A DNA stretch of 64,000 nucleotides from Octopus sinensis (GCF_006345805.1 NC_043011.1:558001-622000); one strand, 5' to 3'; shown: positions 42,514 to 55,764, counted from the stretch's first letter. Numbers and translations: made by a program. The notes: generated from the letters alone by a model not told the origin.

Positions 42514-42964
42514 GGATCTTTTCGGTTTGAATGGCAGTTTTTAACATAATTTCTAGGTAACTAAAAAATTTTAAACTTCGTATACTGGTAGAATGTGTTT
42601 ATAAAACATCTTTTTCTCTTGGCTTTATTGAGAAAATTCTATAGTTTGTAAGATATTTGTTGTTTTTTTTCTTCAATTTCTGCAATTTCAACCAATCACT
42701 GACGTCCATTGATGTAAAAACATTCTGTCCGTATGAATATGTCCCTCGTTTAATAAACAGATTGGGTTTATTTACATTTGTGAAGTAAAAAAGATACCCT
42801 TCCCCTCACCCCTAACTAACCCTAACTAACCATAACCCTAACCCTAACCCTAACTAACCCTAAAACAGATTGAAATGGAATAGACCGATACTAGGGTCAT
42901 AATTATGGGTAACAATTTCATATGACACCGCCAGAAAAAACTGCCGTTCAAACCGAAAAGATCC
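42514..42964. mobile_element. MITE with ~29-bp TIRs and internal telomere-like repeats
   Basis: GGATCTTTTCGGTTTGAAtGGCAGTTTTT ... AAAAACTGCCgTTCAAACCGAAAAGATCC; imperfect 8-bp TSD agcgcttg/aacacttg; (CCCTAA)-like repeats at 42809-42863. Confidence 0.88.
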
Positions 42965-43717
42965 AACACTTGTTTTACGAAGCACTTGACAATACTCTCA
43001 GTAGTGAGCATTCCCATCAATAAATTTTTATAGTCTGTTGTTGCTATAAAACTTGCTCTAAAACATTGACTCTAATTTAAAATGTATACACCCACACATA
43101 CACATATTTGCATAATCTATTTATTTTTTCTCTTTCTGAGGAAAAAAATAAAAAAAAAACAAAAGCATTGGCATCTTTTATCAGCAGATTTGTCAACTAC
43201 ACTTTGGAAAAATGTACCACTGAAACATTTCATTAAAAAATGTGTAAATGTCTAATATTCTTAGAAAATAAATTCGTGGGCGGTAGCAAACTGTAGTTAT
43301 GCTATATCTTAAAAGAATTGAAGGGAATTAATTGGGAACTTGATAATAGCCAATAAAGATGGTATGATATGTTGTTTTGCTAAATGAAAATGAAAGAACA
43401 AATTTCGGGCAGTTAGAATTTTAGAATTTGTATCAACTAAGCAAAACTCTAAAAACCGTATTTATGAATCAAACGCTTCAGCAAAATACACAAATATTTC
43501 GAACATCTGGAAGAAGAAAGTTCATTTATGCAAATTTGATTTCCAGAAAATGATAATAACAAACAATAAAGTTGACACACACGAAAGATGAATTAATTCG
43601 ACATCGATAAATCTTCTGAGAACATTCCAGATAAGAACAAGGAAAGACGAATCAAAGCAATAAAAGCAACTTCTAGAAAGAATATCTCTATCCAAATTTA
43701 GAATGGAGGTATAGCTA

Positions 43718-43970
43718 TTGGGTTGGTGCATAATTATTGCGGGGTTTTTTTTCAACAAATTTTATTCAACAAAAATAATAACAATATTTAACAAAAACAT
43801 CTTTAAATGACGGTCTGACCGTCTGCCAAGCAAATGGGCAGCAGTAATTGAAGTAGATGGTGAATATGCTCCGGAATAATCATTTAAAGATGTCTTTGTT
43901 ACATGTTGTTATAGTTTTTGTTGAATAAAATTTGTTGAATAAAAGCCACAATAATTATGCCCCAACCCAA
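43718..43970. mobile_element. Mariner-derived fold-back MITE
   Basis: TA TSD, ~90-bp inverted arms starting TTGGGTTGG; centre encodes the transposase C-terminus KWAAVIEVDGEYAPE*. Confidence 0.88.
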
Positions 43971-44119
43971 TAGTAATGCAACCACTAATGAAGAGAAATA
44001 TAAGACAATCGGTGGGGAAATAATTTTTGAAATCTCCAAGGAAGCAGAAAGAACACTTTCTCATAGTATCTGCAAACAACGTAAAGAATAATGTGAAAAT
44101 GAAGAAATGATTTCGCTCA

Positions 44120-45307
44120 ATAGACGGGCACTCCTCCCAATGCCCGGTAAGGTCATTGCAAGGGCTGCTCCTCTAAACACAGTGCGAAATCATCTGCTTA
44201 CTTCTCAGCGGCTGGAGCAGTCAGAGGTCACGCCAAAGAGGTCAACTACCGACTCTCCATGTACTCATCAAGCGCAAAAAGGGTTTTTGAAGGGGCAAGG
44301 CTTGATGGGTAGGGATGTGCTCGGGACGATTAGAGCTGCAAGGTTTTGCACCCCTGACTGGTTAGGCTGATGTCTTTGTACACTGGAGCAGTGAGCACAC
44401 TTAGTATTGGGGCTTAACATTTAACTTTATCTAGGTAGCTCTGGGGTCCGTCAGAGTTATGTTTTGGCTCCCACTCTGTTCAATGCCCGCAAGGACAGGA
44501 TACTTGACCGGATGTTGGCTCAGTCAAGTTGGTGAAATCAGGATTACTGATCTGGATTTTGATGATGATGCTGTTATTCTTGCTGAGTTTCTGGATATCT
44601 TGAGGAGTGACCTTCTTTCACTAAGTGAGGAAGCTGAACCACTTGGCCTTAAAATTTCTTGGGTCAAGATAAAAGTCCAATCTTTCGTTGGCTTCTTGAG
44701 GGATTCCATCTCGTCTGCCTCCGTTGCAATTGAGAATGTTGAAGTTGTTGACCACTTCACTTATCTCAACAGCATGGTTCATAGCAGTATTAGCTGCGAG
44801 TTCGAAGTCCTAAAAAGACTTGGGAGTGCTGATGTAGTTGTGAACTCACTGGACAAAGATGTTTAGCACTACCGATATCTGAGCAAGAAGATAAAAGTTC
44901 GGGTCATGGATACTGTCCGGAGCCCTTAGGGGCTGCCTGAACTCCTTTGGTACTAAAACGCTTTGCAAAATTATGGACTAAAATTGGTGGGATTTCGTAT
45001 CCAGCCAATAACTATACTCAGAAACTGGGATATGTCCCCTTGTATAATTCGGTAGCGTCAGTTCACACTGTTTGGTCATGTTGCTCTACTTTCCGAGTTG
45101 GATCTTGCGTATTGTGTTCTGGGGTGACAGCACGTGTTGGTTGATCACATGTCTCATGGTCACGGCGGATGAGGAAGTATTTCGTGGAGATTTGGAACTG
45201 ATTGGGAGACTGCTCGGAGGGTAACGCTAGACGACTTGAGGGGATATCGACAAACAATGGATGCAGAAACGAGCTGAAACGACGCATGCCTCTATACCTG
45301 ACCTGAT
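44120..45307 (+). mobile_element. Decayed RTE-clade LINE
   Basis: DLDFDDDAVILAE...GLKISWVKIK...EVVDHFTYL; acctg tandem tail. Confidence 0.8.
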
Positions 45308-45339
45308 GTAGATAGGAGAAAAGTTACAATTCATTGCCT

Positions 45340-45900
45340 CATGCTTGCATGCACACAGTATATGCTTGAAATTCTGGAATGTCTACAGTTCCTTTCATGT
45401 CTTGTAACTGTAGTTTTCTAATTACTGGTATAGTTTCTAGTTTTGTGAAACCTAGCTTTTGAAGATTAGTACTGGGGCAGTCAGTTACTTTTCCGAATTC
45501 CTCAATGATTTTCGATATAAATCTAAATATATACCGTAAGCGGAGAATTTGCGGGTTTCTCATTTGTTTTGGGACAGACATTGTTTTCCACTTATCTTTA
45601 ACATTGTCGACTGACAGACGACAAATTTCCACTAATGTGCTCGCATTCCTTTCTCTATTCTAGACTATTATAACTGTTCTTACATTCCACAACTGTTCTT
45701 ACATCCCGAAACATTCCACAATTATGGTTTCATACTATGAGTGAGTAAGCTTTCCATGTCACTGTAATTATTTTGTATTTTTTACGTTCTTTACTATCTT
45801 TTTCATAGATTACATTACATAATGTTTTGGCCACCATATCATGCCACATAAGTGACAGCTGCAGAGTCAGCATTGTAGACGCATTTAAGAGAATTTTTTT
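45340..45900 (-). mobile_element. R4/Dong-like LINE 3' remnant
   Basis: HDMVAKTL motif and endonuclease-region similarity to 19700-20530. Confidence 0.55.
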
Positions 45901-48111
45901 TTACCTGTATTGCTATTCATTTTGTGTATTAGGTATTTCATTGTTATATCCTGATTGGAGTTTTAGAGTTTGTATTGACCGGCCATCTTCTCGATGACAA
46001 AGTTGTAAGGAAATGATTTTTTTAAAAAGAAAAGATGACTTTATTCTTTTCGTCATTCTCTGTACAACATTTTATATTTTGCGTAGGTATTGCTGATTTT
46101 AAAACAGGTTGGTTTCTAAAAGAACACTATTATCGTTGGTATTTAAATATCGTCACACTTCGACACATATTTACATCTTCTAGGCTGTTGATCGTCACAA
46201 ATGATCATAGCTTTTTTCTGAGTCAAATAATTAAATCAGTCAAGATTGTTGATAGTATTCGACGGAATAGTTAACACGTATGTAATAATTTTCCTTTTAC
46301 TGATACGTAGCTATAGTTTCATCGCTAGAAATAGATTAAGCAGTGCCTTAATGACATTTTGTAACTGCTGTTGATCACTCAAGTAATATCTTCCTCAGAT
46401 ATGTGACATAATTGGCATTTTCTGTTCTTGATTACTTCTTATTCTTTTTCAAGTGTAATGTTACAGCTATCACTTGCTCATTGACTGGCGACAGTATAAT
46501 ACTGAAATGTAACAAGATGTAATCCAGTATAGTGTCCAAAGTGTCGATACCAGAATACCGGTACAACAAACGCTTTGTAGTATGTTGTCTTGCAGCAAGA
46601 GGTTCAGATAACCATCAGTGTTCAGAGCAATTTGTATGAGACAGAGTCATAAATAACTACGTATTTGGAGAGGAAGAGAACATTGTGAAATTATTGATCA
46701 TAATGTCTTTCGGTTGAAAAGCATTTTCCCAAGTTCAACTATAAGTATGAACATTTTTGTCAGCCAAAGTCAATTTCTTTATAAATCGCAAATGTTGTTA
46801 TTAAATCCATTCCCCTCCTTTATTATAAATATTTCCAATGTAGATTTTAAGATCTCCAACAAAAAGATCATGAGTTACATTTGAGCTTCTTACAAACTTT
46901 AGCATAAAACTACTTCACCTTCATGAAACAATGACTGTTTGCTACCAAAATAAATCTATAAACAAAGAGATTAATTCCCTAGAATATTTATTTTGAAATA
47001 TGTTTTCAAATCAGTTACAATTCTATCCTTGTGTTTTCAGTTTCAAATAAGAGAACGATTGATCAGATTTTTGTGAGGATTTCAATAACAGTAAACTAGT
47101 TCAGTGAACAATTTTGCTACATGCAGTGATTCCAGGTGTCATAAGTTGTGAATATAGTAAAAAGCCCTTTTGCCAAATTGTCACTAGGATTATGAGTTCC
47201 CAAATTTTCAAGAAGATCCCACAAAGTTTTCTAAAATAAGTCCACAACACCTACAGAAAAGCACACTCACATAATGTATGGGAGGAGGATAGAGGGATAA
47301 CCTGGATTAGTTCTTGCACATTTTTATAATGCCTACTTTAATAAGTTCAAATAACACACTACTAAAAGGGTGCTCATGCTTAGAATCGAATGTAAGAAAT
47401 ATTTATAAAAACAGTCAACACATTTCACCTGCTTAAACACATACGTTAAGATGTATAAATTGCAACCAAATATTTTTCTCTAGTGCCAAATATGCCGACC
47501 AATAACAATTAAAACTACCTAAATACTCTTGTGAACATTAAAACATTTAATTAAAAAATATTCCATACTAATATCACTGTAATATGTTTAAATGATAACC
47601 AACACCCTCCCAATAAAACATGCGAAAAGTCATAAATAATATCAATCTGCCAACTAACTAAACCTTTTGTGAATCCTTAAATACCAACCCACTAAAAACT
47701 GACATACCCACATGAATACAAAGATCAAAACACTGAACTGAACTCTAAGATTTAATCTTCACATTCTCAAAACAAAAGGTAAATATCCCGAAAGGTAAAT
47801 ATCCCATTAATATCTAAACAAGACCAACGACAGTCAACCAAATGAAAAATTTGCTAATAACCTAGCAACATTCCTTTGTGAACACCTTCAACTTAAAAAA
47901 TGATACACCTAAACATACACACCTAATTACAAAGCATGAATAAATTCTAACCATTAGCACTTCTCCAAAGTTAATCAATAAAAATTCTACATTCTATCTT
48001 GTCACCATAACCTACCTTGCAGCATAATTACCATTCAGCAGAACTCTAGTTTCTCTAGACATTTTAAACTTAACATAGATTATATAAAACCAAAATGAAC
48101 TCAAACGAATT

Positions 48112-48156
48112 ACAGTCCTGTGATGGCTTCCGTGGCCGAAACTTCGAAGTTACTGT
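48112..48156 (+). ncRNA. HHR-like motif (core missing A6) at the end of an AC-rich PLE-type 3' UTR
   Basis: ACAGU-C-CUGUGA-UGGC..GCC-GAAA-CUUCGAAG-UU^ACUGU; AATAAA tail follows. Confidence 0.6.
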
Positions 48157-48590
48157 CATTACCATTCTTATTAAAGAATAATAAATTGCTACTCTACCAA
48201 ATGTATTGAGTAGTCCTTCAATTGAATGTAATTACAACACAAAAAAACCATTAATATATATAAGTTAAAGACACCAGAATTTAGTATGGTATTATCCATA
48301 TAATTTAAAATAAGGTGATTATAATTGATGTAATGTTTTCATTGTTCAATTAAATGGAGTCGCATGAAACGATCGTACTGAATTACCTCTGGGTATCCTT
48401 GTTGCTTATTTTAATTATATATATATATATATATATAACATCTGAATGTGGCTAGGGACAGGGCAGGGCGGTGGGGGTGTTACTGATGCATTTAGCCCCA
48501 GGCGATCATCAACGTCACCAGGAGGGCTGACACCATCACGGCGTCCTCTAGCCTGCAAAGGGAGATCATTCCCCGAAGAAGCGGATGCCA

Positions 48591-48635
48591 CATACGGACC
48601 TAGGTTTCAAGGTGTTTGCCTATTATCAACGTATG
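48591..48635 (-). ncRNA. Type I HHR, U3-A8 variant
   Basis: CAUACG-UUGAUAA-UAGG(CAAACA)CCUU-GAAA-CCUAGG-UC^CGUAUG. Confidence 0.88.
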
Positions 48636-48945
48636 GCAGGCACCGCTCCCTCGACGAACGACTCTCTGTGCAGGCTATATATAAAGATTTTCACAGTAAA
48701 TACATTTACTGATGTAGAAAATCTGTTCGACAGCAATAATAATTCTCTAAACGAGATATAGACAGTAACTGCTCCATAACATAAGGGACGTTGGCCATCT
48801 GAATGTGGCTAGGGACAGGGCAGGGCGGTGGGGTGTTACTGATGCATTTAGCCCCAGGCGATCCTCAACGTCACCAGGAGGGCTGACGCCATCACGGCGT
48901 CCTCTAGCCTGCAAAGGGAGATCATTCCCCGAAGAAGCGGATCCA

Positions 48946-48990
48946 CATACGGACCTGGGTTTCAAGGTGTTTGCCTATTATCAACGTATG
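48946..48990 (-). ncRNA. Type I HHR, second unit (stem III CCCAGG)
   Basis: Same as 48591-48635 with one substitution. Confidence 0.85.
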
Positions 48991-49268
48991 GCAGGCACCG
49001 CTCCCTCGACGAACGACTCTCTGTGCAGGCTATATATAAAGATTTTCACAGTAAATACATTTACTGATGTAGAAAATCTGTTCGACAGCCATAATAATTC
49101 TCTAAACGAGATATAGACAGTAACTGCTCCATAGCATAAGGGACGTTGGCCATCTGAATGTGGCTTATTGCTGTCGAACAGATTTTCTACATCAGTAAAT
49201 GTATTTACTGTGAAAATCTTTATATATAGCCTGCACAGAGAGTCGTTCGTCGAGGGAGCGGTGCCTGC

Positions 49269-49313
49269 CATACGTTGATAATAGGCAAACACCTTGAAAC
49301 CTATGTCCGTATG
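49269..49313 (+). ncRNA. Type I HHR, inverted unit (stem III CCUAUG)
   Basis: Same as 48591-48635 with one substitution. Confidence 0.82.
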
Positions 49314-49699
49314 TGGCATCCGCTTCTTCGGGGAATGATCTCCCTTTGCAGGCTAGAGGACGCCGTGATGGCGTCAGCCCTCCTGGTGACGTTGATGATC
49401 GCCTGGGGCTAAATGCATCAGTAACACCCCCACCGCCCTGCCCTGTCCCTAGCCACATTCAGATGGCCAACGTCCCTTATGTTATGGAGCAGTTACTGTC
49501 TATATCTCGTTTAGAGAATTATTATTGCTATATATATATGTATATATATCCCTCTCTCGCTCATTCTTCTTTCTGGTTTTCTCTACCATTCTCTCCCTTT
49601 CACGTTCCCTTTCTCTTACTCCTCCTCCTCCTCATCCTCCTCCCTCTCGTCACTGACATGTGACCAGAGGCCATCTGTCTTTCTGACCACAGCCTTCAA

Positions 49700-50228
49700 C
49701 AAGTGTAGACAGCTTCCTATCCCTTTCTTAAGCCGTTGTTCTCACGCGTTGAAAATAATTTTTCCTTCGTTCGGCTTAACAATCCTTACTGTTCGTATTA
49801 CTGTTATTCTACTTGTCCTGTCGTTTACTGTTTTTATTTGTATTTTTACTGCCTTGTATTGTTTTTACTGTCCTGTTTTTGTTACCACTTTTACCCCTCC
49901 ACAAAAAAATCTCAAATTTTATTTAATTTGCTTTGCGGGAAGGACCGTTTCACTGAAGTCGTGTCTCGCCTTTACCTTCGAAACACGGACTAGACGAAAC
50001 GGAGACGGCTGAAGAAGGGGAATGTTCCTTGTGTTGTATGTCTTGTACCAAGTTTTTTCGTTGTTTAAAAATAATGTCCGTTTCCATGGTTCCGCTTTTA
50101 TGTTTTCATTTCTCATTGTGTTCGACGTTCTTTTGGTGTCCTGTACCCATATATGCATGTATATATACATATAGATGTAGGTACGTACATATATGTATGT
50201 ATATATGCATGTTTTATTTATTATTTTG

Positions 50229-50230
<2 letters not shown>
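49700..50230 (+). mobile_element. 3' tail copy of the element at 21205-23030
   Basis: Similar to 27200-27712. Confidence 0.8.
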
Positions 50231-50285
<55 letters not shown>

Positions 50286-50301
50286 TAGATGTATGTATAC
50301 G

Positions 50302-50397
50302 CAGAGGTGGGCACTGTTAATGGAAAAGTTAACATCGTTAATCGTTAATTCTTCAAAAACGTAAAGGAAGTTAACGTTAATCCGTTAACGGTAACTT
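50302..50397 (+). mobile_element. Isolated hAT-like terminus
   Basis: CAGAGGTGGGCA start with clustered GTTAAC subterminal motifs. Confidence 0.5.
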
Positions 50398-52370
50398 TTA
50401 TTGAAAAAAGGCATATCTACAGTTTAATACCTCACCTACTTTGTTGCCTCATAACTTCAGGAAAAACGGATAGTTTTTAACGAGACTTCCATCAAATAAT
50501 CGCTTATATCCTGTAGATTGAGTGTTTAGAAAGAAGTGTTGGAAAACTTTACTGAGGGGTTGGGGAGAGGAGTTTCGGAAAAAACACAGGACCCGACATT
50601 TTCTCCTTCATAACTTTCTTGAAAATAGATATTTTTAATGAAAGTTTATACAAATACCTTTCAAACAGTGTAGATTACGATTACCAAGAAATCTGTAGGC
50701 TAAATGTCTGGAAGGTGGCGGAGGGGGGAAGTTTCTGGAAAACGGAGTTTCGGATGAGATGGCTCACATAAGTTGGAATCTCTTCGTTTTGACAAGGATT
50801 TTCAATGTTTTTCACCAAAGTCTTCAGAATGATGGGAGGCATCTTTTCAAGAAAAACAGGAAAAAATTTTGAAATTTTTTTTTTCATTCCCGCCACCCCA
50901 CTTACCAACCCAATCCGAAACGATCTTGGCCATTTTTTTTTTTTAGTACACACTTAAAACCCGCCACAAAAACATTTTCGGTTAAAAAAAATTGTTGATA
51001 ATTTCAGAGGAAAATGTGTGATTGAAGGGAGATATTGCTGTTGTTTCTAACACATTCCAAAACCTCCCTCTTTGTTTCATTCTCACTCACACACCTATTG
51101 GTATTTTTCAATATTTTTCTCCCCATACATAAATTTTATGGAATGCTGATGTCAAAGTAACACACGTGTAGTCTCAACCGAGCGAGGCTGTGTTATGTTT
51201 TAAAAAAACGCCTAAAATATCTTTAGTGTTCATATTAATCTGTCAAATGTAATGCATATGTGTTCACGTTATTTTGAATTATTCAGGTTCAAGATGGATG
51301 TCCACAATATTTGCTTGTAACTTAGTAAATTTTTTACATACAAATTTGAAATTTTGTGAGTGGGTGCTTTATATAACACTGGTTTATAGTTATTTAATCT
51401 TAACTGATCTTGCTGACTTTTATGGGCAGGTAAATTTAATTAACCGGTGTAAAAGCAATAACATTATGGATAAACACTAAAACTGAAATTCGTAATGCAT
51501 CTTACCTGTTTGATTTGTTACTAAAATTATCCCAGATGGCAACCGACAAAAATTTTGCCTCTTTTCAAAATACAGGGATAATCAGTACAAGAATTTATTT
51601 CGTAAATATTTCGTACCTTGGTGGAGAATAATTGTTTTCACAGATTTTTTCGGGTGCATTCAACGTATCTGACCTCCAAACCCGCCGCAAGCCACTTTTT
51701 CTCGAAAAAGAAAGGTGAGAAGGGTAATGGGGACATCGGAGTTTTCCACGAAGGGAGTTTTGTTTCGCGGATCTTTTTTCTTTTCCAGGTTATTTTGCAT
51801 GCTTTCAACGAATGTGACATCGAAATCACGCGTAAACGGCTCCTTTTTCCAGAAAAGGAAAGATTTGGCTGCTATTTCTAGCATGCCCTGCTACCACGTA
51901 ACAGCTATTTGCGTTCATACTGAAATATTTGTGTTCACACCAAAATATTTACCAACGTTTTTCCCTTCAACTTATTTTTTCCACTTTATGGAAGGCAATA
52001 TTTTCTCTGTTTACATTTACTTCAGTGAGGTCACGGATCAAGTGGAAACACATCAGTCACTGTTCCCTCTTGACAGGACAAAGAAATTTCCCGCTGTCAT
52101 TGCAAGCAACAAGAGGGTAGATTGGGTTTCAAATCCAGACAGGACCAAACGAGGTCCTACTAATTATTTATAATAAGGAGAGTTTACGAAAAAAACAAAA
52201 GAGAAAGACAGGTGGTGTACAAAACAAACAGATGTATTAGTATAACGCTCAGGAATAGAAAAGTCTTTTACGTTTCGAGCCTACGCTCTTCTACAGAAAG
52301 GGACACAGGAAAAACAATAATGTATGTATGTATGTATGTATGTATGTATGTATGTATGTATGTATGTATG

Positions 52371-52446
<76 letters not shown>

Positions 52447-52679
52447 CATATATACAAAGTATGGGGAGGTTAGTTCACAGGTGATCTAAACGAATAGGGA
52501 CGCTAGCTAAGTGCTGTAACGGATTACTGGAACTTCAAGGATATAGCCGAGACGGTAGTTATATAGCTATTGCAGATTTCCGATGCAGCGGATATTTAAT
52601 TGTTAAACAGGACGTCAAAAATTAAGGCAAGGCAAACATCTGAAGTCATATACAATATTATTATAGGAAGAAATTCAAA

Positions 52680-52735
52680 ATCTTACAGCTGTTTCTGAGA
52701 TATCCGCGAATATGGGATATTCTGTCATCAGAGAC
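52680..52735 (-). ncRNA. Type I hammerhead ribozyme, canonical core
   Basis: GUCU-CUGAUGA-CAGAAUAUCC..GGAUAUCUCA-GAAA-CAGCUG-UA^AGAU. Confidence 0.82.
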
Positions 52736-52816
52736 AAATTGAGGAAAAAAATATGGAAAATGAGAATGGTACATATCAATAAGATGTGTTGAAGTGGCGA
52801 TAAGCATTACTATGCA

Positions 52817-52858
<42 letters not shown>

Positions 52859-53070
52859 CCCACCCATATATATATATATATACATACGTATACACTATGA
52901 CATATATGCATATAAGTGAGAGCGCATCTACGTATATATGTGTGTGTGCATATGTATGCATATATATACATATACATACATACATTCATATATATATATT
53001 CACGGGTGATGTATGCAATGTCTTGAGCCTAAAAACAACAAAACATGGTACAAGACTTCATACACCCCTC

Positions 53071-53108
<38 letters not shown>

Positions 53109-53119
53109 TATATAGAAGG

Positions 53120-53170
53120 AGCTTCTACAGGACTAGTACTGTTTCATTCAAGAGAAATCTTCAGGAAGCT
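53120..53170 (-). ncRNA. Type I hammerhead ribozyme (left arm)
   Basis: Reverse complement of 55413-55463. Confidence 0.85.
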
Positions 53171-53451
53171 ATTTAGCAAGAATTGTATTAGCATTTATAC
53201 ATTTAGGCAGGTTTAAAGGAGAGGTGGTGGGGGACTTTTTTGGGGGTAGGCATAGCGCAAAATATCATACTTGGGGGAGTGGTCAAGGAGTCAGTGGTAA
53301 GTTAGATGAAAGAATAGATAAATAAAAAAATAAAAAATAAAAAATAAAAAATAAAAAAATAAAATGTGTGCACATACATACATAAACACATATACATACA
53401 CACACACATACGTACACATGTGTGCCTATACATACCTACACATACACACAT

Positions 53452-53500
<49 letters not shown>

Positions 53501-54026
53501 CACATATATATATATACACATATATATATATACACAATCCAATACAGGCCCATTCCCTAATTTTAATTTTATTATCTTCATTTATTACTTTTGTTATCTT
53601 TGATCGCTAGAGCTAAGGATCCTGGCGATGGCAGCATGTCCAAATTGTCTGTCTACTAGAAGGCAAGTACTCGTTCCCGCACGCACACTCATTAGCACGT
53701 ACATACACCCATTCGTACACTCATACACATACACGTACGCACGCGTTATATTCATACATACAAACATCTACATACGTTCACGTATATACACATACGTACT
53801 CGTACCTACAGATTCATGTCTACACTTTAGGAGGCTAGTCTATATATATACACCAATAAATATACATATATATACACATATATACATATATATATACACA
53901 TATACACATACACACACACACACACATATATATACTCCTACATACAGATACATACCTATATATATATATATACATACACACACATACATATACACATATA
54001 TATATATACATATATATACATACATA

Positions 54027-54064
<38 letters not shown>

Positions 54065-54280
54065 CATACATACACACACACCCATATATATACACACACA
54101 TACACACATATATATACATACACAAACATATATACACACATATATATATATATACATATATACACACATACATACACACACCTACATACATATACACACA
54201 AACACATACATACGTAAACATACATACATACATCCATACATCCATACTTACATGCACTTATACGCATACACACACACCCA

Positions 54281-54344
<64 letters not shown>

Positions 54345-54558
54345 TGGGTGTGTGTGTATGCGTATAAGTGCATGTAAGTATGGATGTATGGATGTATGTA
54401 TGTATGTTTACGTATGTATGTGTTTGTGTGTATATGTATGTAGGTGTGTGTATGTATGTGTGTATATATGTATATATATATATGTGTGTATATATGTTTG
54501 TGTATGTATATATATGTGTGTATGTGTGTGTATATATATGGGTGTGTGTGTATGTATG

Positions 54559-54609
<51 letters not shown>

Positions 54610-55412
54610 ATATATGTATATATATATATGTGTATATGTATGTGTGTGTATGTATATATATATATATAGGTATGTATCTGTATGTAGGAGTATATATATG
54701 TGTGTGTGTGTGTGTATGTGTATATGTGTATATATATATGTATATATGTGTATATATATGTATATTTATTGGTGTATATATATAGACTAGCCTCCTAAAG
54801 TGTAGACATGAATCTGTAGGTACGAGTACGTATGTGTATATACGTGAACGTATGTAGATGTTTGTATGTATGAATATAACGCGTGCGTACGTGTATGTGT
54901 ATGAGTGTACGAATGGGTGTATGTACGTGCTAATGAGTGTGCGTGCGGGAACGAGTACTTGCCTTCTAGTAGACAGACAATTTGGACATGCTGCCATCGC
55001 CAGGATCCTTTAAAATTAAAATTAGGGAATGGGCCTGTATTGGATTGTGTATATATATATATGTGTATATATATATATGTGTATATATATATATATATGT
55101 GTATATATATATATATATATATGTATGTGTATGTGTGTATGTGTAGGTATGTATAGGCACACATGTGTACGTATGTGTGTGTGTATGTATATGTGTTTAT
55201 GTATGTATGTGCACACATTTTATTTTTTTATTTTTTTATTTTTTATTTTTTATTTTTTTATTTATCTATTCTTTCATCTAACTTACCACTGACTCCTTGA
55301 CCACTCCCCCAAGTATGATATTTTGCGCTATGCCTACCCCCAAAAAAGTCCCCCACCACCTCTCCTTTAAACCTGCCTAAATGTATAAATGCTAATACAA
55401 TTCTTGTTAAAT

Positions 55413-55463
55413 AGCTTCCTGAAGATTTCTCTTGAATGAAACAGTACTAGTCCTGTAGAAGCT
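55413..55463 (+). ncRNA. Type I hammerhead ribozyme, canonical core
   Basis: AGCUUC-CUGAAGA-UUUC(UCUU)GAAU-GAA-ACAG(UACUAGUC)CUGU-A^GAAGCU. Confidence 0.87.
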
Positions 55464-55546
55464 CCTTCTATATAATAAATTAATTTTACTCTGCTATGTA
55501 TTGAGTACCTTACTTACTGTGGTTAACCCCGGATCAACCCGGGACC

Positions 55547-55586
<40 letters not shown>

Positions 55587-55723
55587 TCAATAAATGGTGG
55601 GGTTGTGTTGACCGCACGTGGAGAAATGATAAGTAAGGAAAAATTATTTTAAAAATGCAGAATGCTCAAATGAAAGAAAATTTTAATAAAATGAGAAATT
55701 GATAAAATATATAAATATATATT

Positions 55724-55764
55724 TATTCAACCGGTTTTCGTCATTGTATGACTTGTCAAGAATA
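55724..55764 (-). ncRNA. PLE pseudo-LTR hammerhead (U3-A8 variant, extra A after GAAA)
   Basis: UAUUC-UUGACAA-GUCAU(ACA)AUGAC-GAAAA-CCGG-UU-GAAUA. Confidence 0.75.

Larger units (their letters stand above)
48439..49528. mobile_element. Retrozyme-like array: two tandem ~356-bp units plus one inverted, circularly permuted unit, each with an HHR
   Basis: Units 48439-48795 and 48796-49150; inverted unit 49165-49521; (TA)n on both flanks. Confidence 0.9.
53103..55480. repeat. 2.4-kb near-perfect palindrome centred on (TA)n (54283-54342)
   Basis: Arms 53103-54282 and 54343-55480; left arm has an extra ~45 bp at ~53570-53615. Confidence 0.92.

Noticed and set aside
42809-42863. Telomere or chromosome end
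   Set aside because: Short degenerate tract enclosed by MITE TIRs
48476-48513. Second HHR-like string in the retrozyme unit (UUGAUGA..UAAA-UGCA-UC, minus strand)
   Set aside because: GAAA replaced by UAAA and no stem I
48805-49116. ORFs of 72-116 aa in the retrozyme units
   Set aside because: Frames differ between units because of indels; only vague resemblance to a GIY-YIG C-terminus
50410-50960. Helitron/Helentron-like non-autonomous repeat with internal duplication
   Set aside because: Termini could not be defined
51600-52170. MPCYHVTAI suggests a SWIM finger of a MULE transposase
   Set aside because: Single short motif, no TIRs or catalytic motifs identified
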